DNA of 64,000 nucleotides. Origin: an uncultured Candidatus Saccharibacteria bacterium. Lineage in GTDB: Bacteria > Patescibacteriota > Minisyncoccia > Minisyncoccales > JAGGSE01. A program made the translations under genes and the position numbers. Location: contig CAZPZY010000001.1 in assembly GCA_964591195.1 (NCBI GenBank), positions 7,111-71,110 on the forward strand, read 5' to 3'. Below the pieces are notes generated by a model, which did not search any database, was not told the DNA's origin, and saw only the letters and a program-made list of their open reading frames with translations. Every line of letters begins with the position of its first letter. Positions within the stretch are counted from its first letter, which is position 1. Of this stretch, positions 36,933 to 44,969 are shown piece after piece.

Positions 36933-38136
36933 GTTGAGGGTTTTTTTGAAATTCTTTTTTCACCAACTCCCAAAACCTCTTTTGGTCAAGAACATATTTG
37001 CCCATTTCCTCCCAATCTACCCTTGCCCTTGCTCTAGCCATCTTCTTGTCCCTTAATATGGCTTTTTTATTTCCTCTGGCAATATCAGCAATATGGGCGG
37101 CGAGTTTGGTTACGACAACCCCCTCTCTGACATCCTCGACCTCAGGCAAGCCAATATGTTCTTTTGGGGTTACATAACAAAGGAAATCAGCGCCGAGGGC
37201 GCCAGCAAGGGCGCCACCGATGGCACAGCCAATATGGTCATAGCCAGCACCAATATCAGTAGGTAGAGGTCCTAAAACATAAAATGGGGCTGAATGACAA
37301 TATCTCTTTTCTAATTTAACATTTTCCTCAATCTCACTGAGGGGAATATGTCCTGGTCCTTCTATCATTACCTGAACGCCTGCTCTTCTGGCTCTTTTAG
37401 CCAGTTCTCCCAATGTTTTCAGTTCCTCAATCTGCGCCTTATCTGTAGCGTCTGCCAGACACCCTGGCCTTAGTCCATCTCCCAAACTCAGGGTAACATC
37501 ATATTCGGCGGCTATTTCAAGAATTCTGTCAAAATACTGATAAAGAAAGTTTTCTTTGCCATGATAGGTCATCCATTTTAACAAAAGAGACCCTCCCCGG
37601 CTGACAGATTTTATCACCCTCTTTTTAAGCAGGGGAATGGTCCTTTTTGTTACCCCCGCATGAACAGTGGCAAAATCAACCCCGTCCCGTGCCTGCTTCT
37701 CGAAAGCCTGAAGGTAACGGTCAAGGGTAAGAAATGGCAGTCCTTTTGATTCCACCACTGCCTGATAAATAGGCACGGTCCCAAAGGGACAAGGGCATTT
37801 TTTAATAAGGGTTCTTCTGATTTTGTCAATGTCTCCTCCCGTGCTCAAATCCATTATAGTATCAGTTCCTCCTTCAAGGGCCATCTTTAATTTCTCTACC
37901 TCCTTCTTTCTATCAACCCTTACTGGCGATGTTCCTATATTGACATTAACCTTTACCCTCAATCCCTTGCCTATACCAATGGGCTTTAAGCCCCTATGCC
38001 TTCTATTTGCCGGGATAACCACCAGCCCCCTTTTTATCTTTTCTCTTAAATCCTCCGGGTCAATACCTTCCTCCCTGGCAACCTTTCTCATTTCTTTTGT
38101 AATTTCCCCTTTTTTTGCTTCTTGAAGTTGAGTCAT
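36880..38136 (-). CDS. thiC: phosphomethylpyrimidine synthase ThiC
   Basis: IEGPGHIPL...APFYVLGPLPTDIGAGYDHI...ADFLCYVTPKEHIGLP and C-terminal CSMCGPFCA cluster motif. Confidence 0.9.
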   Translation of the reverse strand: MTQLQEAKKGEITKEMRKVAREEGIDPEDLREKIKRGLVVIPANRRHRGLKPIGIGKGLRVKVNVNIGTSPVRVDRKKEVEKLKMALEGGTDTIMDLSTGGDIDKIRRTLIKKCPCPFGTVPIYQAVVESKGLPFLTLDRYLQAFEKQARDGVDFATVHAGVTKRTIPLLKKRVIKSVSRGGSLLLKWMTYHGKENFLYQYFDRILEIAAEYDVTLSLGDGLRPGCLADATDKAQIEELKTLGELAKRARRAGVQVMIEGPGHIPLSEIEENVKLEKRYCHSAPFYVLGPLPTDIGAGYDHIGCAIGGALAGALGADFLCYVTPKEHIGLPEVEDVREGVVVTKLAAHIADIARGNKKAILRDKKMARARARVDWEEMGKYVLDQKRFWELVKKEFQKNPQLKKRKECSMCGPFCALS

Positions 38137-38211
38137 AATTTCTATGGATTGGCTGGCTTAAGTGCCAAATTAAAATCAATAATTTAAAATCCCAAATCTC
38201 AAAGCTTAGAT

Positions 38212-38403
38212 AAATCCGAATCTCGAATATCGAAATCCGAAACAAATTCGAATGTTCAAATGCTCAAAATTAAATGCAAAATGCAAATCTCAAAAATCAA
38301 AATGAAAGATTAAAATGCAAAAAGAATTCTCTTTGATTTTTTCTTTTTCATTTTGCATTTTGATTTTTGATTTTTGATTTGGTTTGGATTTGAATTTCGA
38401 ACC
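38212..38403. repeat. large AT-rich imperfect palindromic intergenic repeat, copy A (family of 4 in this window)
   Basis: Arms built from AAATCCGAA and AAATGCAAAATGCAAA / CAAAAATCAAAA units around a GAATTC centre; >95% identical to copy D at 61165..61330. Confidence 0.7.
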
Positions 38404-38439
38404 TGGCTTTAGGACTTGCCTAAAGGGTTAACAGATACG

Positions 38440-38592
38440 CCCCTATTATACCTCTTTTTGCAGTAATTTAACAGGGATTGTTGTGATTGCTCATTTTACC
38501 CACATATTCCCCATAATATCCACAAGATATCAACATTTATCCTATTTTTATCGCAACTTGCCTCTCCTTGACATTTATGTATAATGAATGTG
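38440..38592. promoter_or_regulatory. oriC-like DnaA-box cluster upstream of dnaA, plus the dnaA promoter
   Basis: TTACCCACA 38496-38504, ATATCCACA 38516-38524, TTATCCtat 38538-38546; TTGCCT-16 nt-TATAAT (38580-38585). Confidence 0.5.
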
Positions 38593-39948
38593 ATGTCCAA
38601 CGAAGAGCTCTGGGAAGCAGTTTTGGCCCAAATCCAATTAAACATCTCCCCAGCCAACTTTGCTACCTGGTTTAAGGGCACGAAAATCATCTCCCGGGAA
38701 AAAACCCAGGTAATGGTTTCTGTTCCCAGTTCTTTTGTTAAGGAGTGGTTAGAACAGAAATACAACGATATTATTTTAAAAATTCTCCATGGTTTAGATA
38801 GCAGCATAAAGGAGGTTAAATATTGTATTGAAAAACAGAGCCTAAAGATCAAGGCACCGAGAAAGAAAATATCCTACCAAGAAGAAGCCGGACAATTGGG
38901 CTTTGAAGGACTTGAAATAGATAAAGAAACAAACCTCAATCCAAGGTATACCTTTGAGAACTTTGTTGTCGGTTCTTTTAATGAATTAGCCCATGCCGCT
39001 GCTCAAGCAGTAATACAAAAGCCAGGACTGGTCTACAACCCCCTCTTTATTTATGGGGGAGTGGGTTTGGGTAAAACCCATCTCTTGGAAGCCATTGGTA
39101 ATGAGGTCTGTAAAAACTTTCCGGAGAAGAAAATAAAATACATCCCCTCCCAAAAATTTATAGAAGACGTAGTTAGGGCTATCAGGAAGCATAAGATGGA
39201 GTTGTTTAAGTCAAGTTATAGGGAGATTGATCTCTTAATAGTTGATGATGTCCAGTTTCTGGCTGGTAAAGAAAAAACACAAGAGGAATTTTTTCATATA
39301 TTCAATCTTCTTTACGAAAAAAATAAACAGGTTGTTATCTCCTCAGACTGTCCACCTCGAGCAATCCCCTCTCTTACAGAAAGATTAAGGTCTCGCTTTA
39401 CAGGAGGGATGATTGCCGATATTTCTCAGCCCGACCTTGAAACACGGATAGCAATACTAAAGACAAAGGCAAGAGAGGCAGGGGTTGATTTTCCTAATGA
39501 AATATATAACCTTATCGCCGAGTCAGTCCAAAAAAATATCAGGGAATTAGAAGGTGCTTTAAATCGGGTTATTGTCTATCAAAAAATAAATAACAAACCG
39601 CCAGACATTAATATCGTCAAATCCCTTCTAGGGAAAATAATAAAAGGAGGAAGAAAAAAAATTACCCACAAAAAAATAATCTCTACAGTGGCTGAGTTTT
39701 ATGGATTGACTGAAAAAGATATTATTATCCCCTCCCGTAAAAAAGAAATTGTAAAACCAAGACAGATTGCTATGTATCTGTTAAGAAGGGAATTAAACAG
39801 TTCTTTCTCTTTTATAGGAGAAAGATTTGGAGGAAAAGACCACACAACTGTCATTCATAGTTGTGAAAAGATTAACAGTCAACTACAAAAAGATAAAAAC
39901 CTAGAGGAAGAAATTCAAATGATCGCCCAGAGGATATATAATTCATAA
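38593..39948 (+). CDS. dnaA: chromosomal replication initiator DnaA (start probably the second ATG, MSNEELWEAV)
   Basis: GGVGLGKTHLLEAIGNEV AAA+ Walker A; C-terminal DNA-binding domain IAMYLLRRELN...SFIGERFGGKDHTTVIHSCEKI. Confidence 0.9.
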   Translation: MSNEELWEAVLAQIQLNISPANFATWFKGTKIISREKTQVMVSVPSSFVKEWLEQKYNDIILKILHGLDSSIKEVKYCIEKQSLKIKAPRKKISYQEEAGQLGFEGLEIDKETNLNPRYTFENFVVGSFNELAHAAAQAVIQKPGLVYNPLFIYGGVGLGKTHLLEAIGNEVCKNFPEKKIKYIPSQKFIEDVVRAIRKHKMELFKSSYREIDLLIVDDVQFLAGKEKTQEEFFHIFNLLYEKNKQVVISSDCPPRAIPSLTERLRSRFTGGMIADISQPDLETRIAILKTKAREAGVDFPNEIYNLIAESVQKNIRELEGALNRVIVYQKINNKPPDINIVKSLLGKIIKGGRKKITHKKIISTVAEFYGLTEKDIIIPSRKKEIVKPRQIAMYLLRRELNSSFSFIGERFGGKDHTTVIHSCEKINSQLQKDKNLEEEIQMIAQRIYNS

Positions 39949-40164
39949 GTGGTGGAAATTATAGGGATAAAGAAGGGGAAAGAGAGATGAAAAAGAACCT
40001 TATTTAATAATATACAAAATATCCACATCTTTTTCTTCTATAATTCCACAAGTAAATCAGATAATATAGTATATTCATTTCGTATTCATTATAAGGAAGA
40101 GGTATAACGATGTAGTAGTAATAACATAAATATATTTATCCTTTTTATTGTGTGAATAAATACA
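39949..40164. promoter_or_regulatory. second oriC-like DnaA-box cluster / AT-rich region downstream of dnaA
   Basis: ATATCCACA 40019-40027, AATTCCACA ~40043-40051, TTATCCttt ~40135, TGTGAATAA (reverse complement TTATTCACA) ~40151-40159; very AT-rich run 40050-40140. Confidence 0.5.
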
Positions 40165-41517
40165 ATGGATAAAAATAATTTAATAAAACTTCTTGAACGA
40201 GATAGTAAAAAGCTAATAATTAACGCATTAAAAGAAGATCTTGGTAGTGGAGATATAACAACCAGAACAATAATACCTGATAGAATGAAATGCGATGCTT
40301 TTATTTTTAGCAAAGAAAAAGGGATAGTTTGCGGTTTACCAATAATCAAAAGGGTTTTTAAGGTTTTAGACCCCAACGCTACCTTTAACCAATTACTAAA
40401 AGATGGGGATATAGTTTTACCAGGTCAAAAAATTATTGAAATCTCAGGAAGAGCAAGGAGTATCTTGAATGGAGAAAGGGTCGCCTTGAATTTCTTACAA
40501 AGGTTAAGTGGAATTGCTACCTATGTTCATAAATTTGTAAAAAAGGCAACTCCCTTTGGTGTAAAAATTTTAGACACAAGAAAGACAACTCCTGGTTTGA
40601 GAATCTTAGAAAAATACGCAGTCCGTGTTGGAGGAGGGATAAACCATCGCTTTGGGTTATGGGATGAAATTTTAATTAAGGGAAATCATATTGAATTAGT
40701 TGGGTTAAAGAAGGCAGTAAAAAGGGCTCAAAAGATAAAAAAGCGAATAGAGGTTGAGGTAAGAAATCTAGAGGAGGTAAAAGAAGCACTTAGCCTTGGT
40801 GTTGATATTATTATGTTGGATAATATGAACCTTAAAACAATAACCAGGGCAATTAAGATAATTGGAAAAAAAGCCCTAGTTGAGGTTTCAGGAGGGGTGA
40901 ATCTTAAAAACATTAAAAAGATAGCCGAAACAAGGCCTGATTGGATTTCAATAGGCCGACTTACCTATTCAGCCGGTGTATTAGATATGAGTTTAGTGGT
41001 GAGGAAAAAAAAGACCTCTCCTACCAAACAAACCTATATTTTACCAGAGGATTTAAGGGGGGAGTTAAGAAAACCTATTGGGGTAGTGATTTTAGGAAGA
41101 AAAAAACAGGTATTTAAAAAATTTAAACAGTTTATTAGTAAGGAAAAATTCCAAAGAATAATTACTGTTGGTGATTATTGTTCTTTTGAAATCCCCTCCG
41201 ATGTTAAAATTTTTGATGGGAAGATAAGGAGAAAGAAAATTAAAAGAGGTTTTCCTTATTCCCTTTCAGTTAGAAACCCGGCGGGGACAATTCAGAAAGA
41301 GGTTTGGGGAAAAATTAAAACAGGAATTAAAAGAAAAAAGAATATCTTTGTTAAAGGCGAGGAAGACCTTTTGGTAATTCCCTCCCTACTTACAGCCCCT
41401 GAGAATTCTTTAGTGGTTTATGGACTTCCTGGAAGGGGTATCTGCTTGGTAAAAAACTCTTCAAAAAATAAAGCCATTTTTAGGGATCTATTAGAGAGAT
41501 TTATTTTTCTTCCCTGA
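40165..41517 (+). CDS. nadC: nicotinate-nucleotide pyrophosphorylase (quinolinate PRTase) fused to a ~170-aa C-terminal domain of unknown function
   Basis: N-terminal ~280 aa with LKEDLGSGDITT QPRTase motif and TIM-barrel part; C-terminal VGDYCS...DGKIRR...NPAGTI...GEEDLLVIPSLLTAPENSLVVYGLPGRGI is not part of canonical NadC. Confidence 0.65.
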   Translation: MDKNNLIKLLERDSKKLIINALKEDLGSGDITTRTIIPDRMKCDAFIFSKEKGIVCGLPIIKRVFKVLDPNATFNQLLKDGDIVLPGQKIIEISGRARSILNGERVALNFLQRLSGIATYVHKFVKKATPFGVKILDTRKTTPGLRILEKYAVRVGGGINHRFGLWDEILIKGNHIELVGLKKAVKRAQKIKKRIEVEVRNLEEVKEALSLGVDIIMLDNMNLKTITRAIKIIGKKALVEVSGGVNLKNIKKIAETRPDWISIGRLTYSAGVLDMSLVVRKKKTSPTKQTYILPEDLRGELRKPIGVVILGRKKQVFKKFKQFISKEKFQRIITVGDYCSFEIPSDVKIFDGKIRRKKIKRGFPYSLSVRNPAGTIQKEVWGKIKTGIKRKKNIFVKGEEDLLVIPSLLTAPENSLVVYGLPGRGICLVKNSSKNKAIFRDLLERFIFLP

Positions 41518-41531
41518 CAGATTATTTATGT

Positions 41532-42074
41532 ATGAGCATAAAAAAGAACTATGTTACTGTTGTTAATAAAAAGGGAGAAGAAATTGGTAAGGCAGAAAAG
41601 TTAAGGGCTCATCAAGAAGGAAGGTTACATCGAGCGTTTTCCGTTTTTATTTTTAATAAAAAGGGGGAATTGCTTTTACAAAAAAGGGCTCAGGGGAAAT
41701 ATCATTCAGCCGGGCTTTGGTCAAATACCTGCTGTTCTCATCCCCGGCCCGGGCTTGATATAAAAAAAGAGGCGGAAAAGCGGCTTAAGGAGGAGATGGG
41801 AATTAGAGCGGAGTTAAAAGAGGTCTTTAATTTTATTTACAGAGCAAGGGTGGGTAGGTTAATTGAATATGAATTTGACCACGTTTTCTTCGGAAGATTT
41901 GACGGACAACCCAAAATAGACAAAAAAGAGGCGGAAGATTGGAGATGGATTTCTTTAGATAAATTAGAAGAAGATATAAGAAAAAATCCCAAAAGATATA
42001 CCTTTTGGCTTAAAAAGATAATTAAGAAAAATGGCTATCAATTTAAAGCCCTACTTAAAACTTGCCAGGATTAA
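41532..42074 (+). CDS. idi: isopentenyl-diphosphate delta-isomerase, type 1 (Nudix)
   Basis: HRAFSVFIFNKKGELLLQKRA...WSNTCCSHP matches the IDI-1 active-site region. Confidence 0.8.
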   Translation: MSIKKNYVTVVNKKGEEIGKAEKLRAHQEGRLHRAFSVFIFNKKGELLLQKRAQGKYHSAGLWSNTCCSHPRPGLDIKKEAEKRLKEEMGIRAELKEVFNFIYRARVGRLIEYEFDHVFFGRFDGQPKIDKKEAEDWRWISLDKLEEDIRKNPKRYTFWLKKIIKKNGYQFKALLKTCQD

Positions 42075-42876
42075 TAACTGGCGCGGCTATTTTTTAGGAG
42101 GGGTTTTCGGCTTTTTACTTGCTGAGGGGTGGCGTGCTCCTGTTTTTGATATCATTTGTTTGTTTGTTATTGGAATTTTATTGTTTACCTTTGGATTTTC
42201 AATAAATGATTTTTTTGATATTAAGGGAGATAAGTTTAAAAAAGACAAAAAAATCATTATTGGCAAGATAATCGGCGTGGGAAGGGCATTTTTCTTCTCT
42301 CTTTTCTCGGGGGTTCTAGGACTGGTTCTTTCTTTCCGTTTTGGTCTAAGGGCGTTTCTTGATGCCTTTTTGGCTGTTTTTCTTACCTTTCTTTATTCTG
42401 CTCCGCCGGTAAGATTAAAATCAAGACCCTTTTTAGACATAATCTCCCATGGTTTTTTTGCCGGTATTTTAATTTTTCTTTTTCCTCTCTTTGCCTTTGC
42501 CCCCAAAATAGACAGCCCGGAGAAACTTTTGTTGATTCCCATTTTTGTTCTCTCTATTACTGCTGAGACCAGAAATCACCTTAATGACTACCAGGCGGAT
42601 AGAGCCGAGGGACTGAAAACAACGGTTTGTTTTTTGGGTTATGAAAACTCCCAAAAACTCTTGAGGTTTTTCTTCTTCTTTTATCCTCTTACCCTTTTTC
42701 CTGTTTTTTGGCTTGTAGCCAGGAAGTTTTATTCTCTTTTTCTCTTCATTACCCTTTTCTTTCTTTTATTACTTCTGGCTAGGAAAAACCATCAGGCAGT
42801 TAGGGACTGGTTTTTGATGGACATTTACACCTTTTTTTCCTTTCTTTTCATTTTGATTTTTCATTATGGATCCTAA
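42031..42876 (+). CDS. UbiA-superfamily integral membrane prenyltransferase
   Basis: Asp-rich motifs NDFFDIKGD and NDYQADRAEG in a ~8-TM protein. Confidence 0.75.
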   Translation: MAINLKPYLKLARINNWRGYFLGGVFGFLLAEGWRAPVFDIICLFVIGILLFTFGFSINDFFDIKGDKFKKDKKIIIGKIIGVGRAFFFSLFSGVLGLVLSFRFGLRAFLDAFLAVFLTFLYSAPPVRLKSRPFLDIISHGFFAGILIFLFPLFAFAPKIDSPEKLLLIPIFVLSITAETRNHLNDYQADRAEGLKTTVCFLGYENSQKLLRFFFFFYPLTLFPVFWLVARKFYSLFLFITLFFLLLLLARKNHQAVRDWFLMDIYTFFSFLFILIFHYGS

Positions 42877-43846
42877 AAAGGTTGAACATTGTTTAGACAG
42901 GGCAATTGATTTTCTCTACCGCTCTCAATTGCCATGGGGAGAGTTTAAGACCCTTGCGAGTTGGAATTTTTTAATGATGCCTGCCTATTATGACAGCAGT
43001 CCCTTTGGCACTGGCCTGATACTTCATAATCTAAAAGGACTTAATGACGAAAGGGCAAGGAAGATGGTTGACAAGGCAATTGCCTTTTTGTTGTCTGAAA
43101 AAGAAAAGGGAGGGATTTGGAGGTTTTGGACCTCAAGAAACAAGAAAAGGATTCCTCCAGACCTAGACGATATTTCAGTGATTTCTTCTGGGCTTAAATT
43201 ATACGGCGTGCAATTTGAAGATAATAAAGATCTTGTTCTCAGCAACAGGAACAAAAATGGCTTATTTTTAACATGGATTCTTGACGAAAGACACAAGAAA
43301 AATCTATTTTGGAAAACAGCAGCAAAAGATGCTGATTGTGTTGTCAATGTCAATGTGTTAACATATCTGGAAAGGCCATTGCCTGAGGTTTGCACCTATA
43401 TTAATAAACTAATAAGCGAAAATCGCTCCAGTTCCTATTATTATCCCAGTAAACTGGCTTTTTTTTACTTTGTTTCCCGAGCAGCAAGGTCAGGGGTAAC
43501 ATGTTTCAAGAAAAACAGAGAATGGATTATCAATTCGGTCTTGTCTTGTCAGAAAAAGGATGGTTCTTTTGGAAACGAGATGGAAACTGCCCTTGGCCTT
43601 AATACCCTCTTTAACCTTAACTGTTTTGGAAAGGAAACAGAAGATGGTATAAGTTATTTATTAAGTCGGCAGAGGAGAAAGGGCGGATTCAAAAAGCAGG
43701 TTTACTTTTTGGGGATCCCCTGGTGGTTTTTGGCTCTAAGCCCCTTCTATGGTTATTATGGGTCTGAGGAAATAACCACCGGGGTTTGTATTGAGGCATT
43801 TAGGAACTATCTATCACAGAGACAATTTTATGGAGGAGGTGTTTGA
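42866..43846 (+). CDS. alpha/alpha-toroid protein with terpene-cyclase / prenyltransferase-like Q-x-x-x-G-(F/W) repeats
   Basis: Repeated motifs EKEKGGIW, QKKDGSFGN, RQRRKGGFKKQ spaced as in squalene-cyclase/prenyltransferase beta-subunit repeats; no TM. Confidence 0.4.
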   Translation: MDPKKVEHCLDRAIDFLYRSQLPWGEFKTLASWNFLMMPAYYDSSPFGTGLILHNLKGLNDERARKMVDKAIAFLLSEKEKGGIWRFWTSRNKKRIPPDLDDISVISSGLKLYGVQFEDNKDLVLSNRNKNGLFLTWILDERHKKNLFWKTAAKDADCVVNVNVLTYLERPLPEVCTYINKLISENRSSSYYYPSKLAFFYFVSRAARSGVTCFKKNREWIINSVLSCQKKDGSFGNEMETALGLNTLFNLNCFGKETEDGISYLLSRQRRKGGFKKQVYFLGIPWWFLALSPFYGYYGSEEITTGVCIEAFRNYLSQRQFYGGGV

Positions 43847-44969
43847 TACAATCATTGTTGGAGCCGGACCTGGCGGGCTGTCTGCTGGAAGATATCTAAA
43901 AGACGCCCTTATTCTGGACCAAAAGAAAGAAATTGGGTTGCCTGTTCAGTGTGCCGAGGGGCTATCAAAGAGATTTTTGGACGAAATGGACATTTCTCCT
44001 GAACCAGAATGGATATCTGTCACTATTGATACAACCCAGATTGTTTTGCCTAATGGGAAGGAGATTAATCTATATTTTCCGGGGCAAAGTTATGTGATAG
44101 ACCGGAAGGGATTTGAAAAATTTCTTGCCAGGATGTCTCAGGCGGAAATCCGCTTGGGTCAGAGGGTGGTTGATATAGAAAAGAGAGGGGGCCTTTGGGA
44201 GGTAAAAACAAGACAAGGCAAGATATTCAGGTCAAGATATCTTATCGGAGCAGATGGTCCCTTTTCAATAGTCAGGGAGAAGGTTTTTGGCCAAAAAATT
44301 AGGGTCCTACCTGTTGTTGAATACCTGGTAGAATTGACCAATAACCTTGATACCTCAAAACTTTTAATTTATCTTGACAAAGATTGGTTGGGCACCGGCT
44401 ATGCCTGGATATTTCCAAAATCAAAGAACAGGGCGAATATTGGCTTGGGTAGTGTGGAGAAGAAAGACAACCTAAACAAACTTTTAAGGGATTTTTTAGA
44501 AAACAAGGTAAAGAAGAATTTTGGACCCTATCACCTGTTGGAAAACAGAAGCAGTGTTGGGCCCTGGCTTGAGGGGCCGATAAAAATAGCCAAAGACAAT
44601 GCTTTTCTTGTTGGAGATGCAGCCGGGCTTGTTGACACCATTTCCGGGGGAGGCATAGGCAATGCAATGCTTTCTGGTCACTTGGCAGCCAAGGCAATTC
44701 TTAAGTCAGACCCTCCTTCTTACCAGAAGCAGGTTCAGTCGTTCTTTTCCGAAGACCTGTTTCAGGCACAAAAAATCCTTTATTCTTTTGACAATCAAAC
44801 CCTAAATGAACTTGGTCAGGTTTTGGAGAAAAAAAATGGGGATATTTTTTATCTGAAAAATCCGCAGGCACTTCTTGCTTTTCTCTCCAAGCCCCATTTA
44901 AGGAAAAATATTTTTGGGTTTCTTAAACTCTTTTTGATATACGCAAAATGGAAAGTCAAAAACACCTAA
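43830..44969 (+). CDS. FAD-dependent geranylgeranyl reductase family protein
   Basis: TIIVGAGPGGLSAG dinucleotide fold; GDAAGLVDTISGGGIGNAMLSGHLAA signature of GGR (ChlP / archaeal lipid saturase). Confidence 0.8.
   Translation: MEEVFDTIIVGAGPGGLSAGRYLKDALILDQKKEIGLPVQCAEGLSKRFLDEMDISPEPEWISVTIDTTQIVLPNGKEINLYFPGQSYVIDRKGFEKFLARMSQAEIRLGQRVVDIEKRGGLWEVKTRQGKIFRSRYLIGADGPFSIVREKVFGQKIRVLPVVEYLVELTNNLDTSKLLIYLDKDWLGTGYAWIFPKSKNRANIGLGSVEKKDNLNKLLRDFLENKVKKNFGPYHLLENRSSVGPWLEGPIKIAKDNAFLVGDAAGLVDTISGGGIGNAMLSGHLAAKAILKSDPPSYQKQVQSFFSEDLFQAQKILYSFDNQTLNELGQVLEKKNGDIFYLKNPQALLAFLSKPHLRKNIFGFLKLFLIYAKWKVKNT

Noticed and set aside
38060-38245. ORF-track ORFs inside the AT-rich palindromic repeats (38060..38245 -, 49502..49687 +, 56338..56679 -, 56489..56947 -, 61328..61609 +)
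   Set aside because: They lie in non-coding inverted-repeat DNA and have low-complexity K/N/Q or F/S/L-rich translations. Their mirror-image arms would 'encode' equally long ORFs on the other strand. Genuine genes (rpmH, rnpA) occupy part of the 56.4-56.9 kb span.
38212-38403. CRISPR array suspicion from the repeated AAATGCAAAATGCAAA / CAAAAATCAAAA units
   Set aside because: Units are 6-8 nt microrepeats arranged as inverted arms, not 25-40-nt direct repeats separated by unique spacers. No cas genes are in the window.
38404-38470. Possible TPP riboswitch upstream of thiC (GGGGCG…ACCCTTTAGG…AGCCAGGTTCG on the minus strand)
   Set aside because: Lacks the conserved CUGAGA and CCUGAUCUGGAUAAUGCCAGCG elements of the THI box. 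It is separated from the thiC start by the 190-bp palindromic repeat. The region is better explained by the hairpin CTTTAGG-acttgc-CCTAAAG and oriC-proximal sequence.
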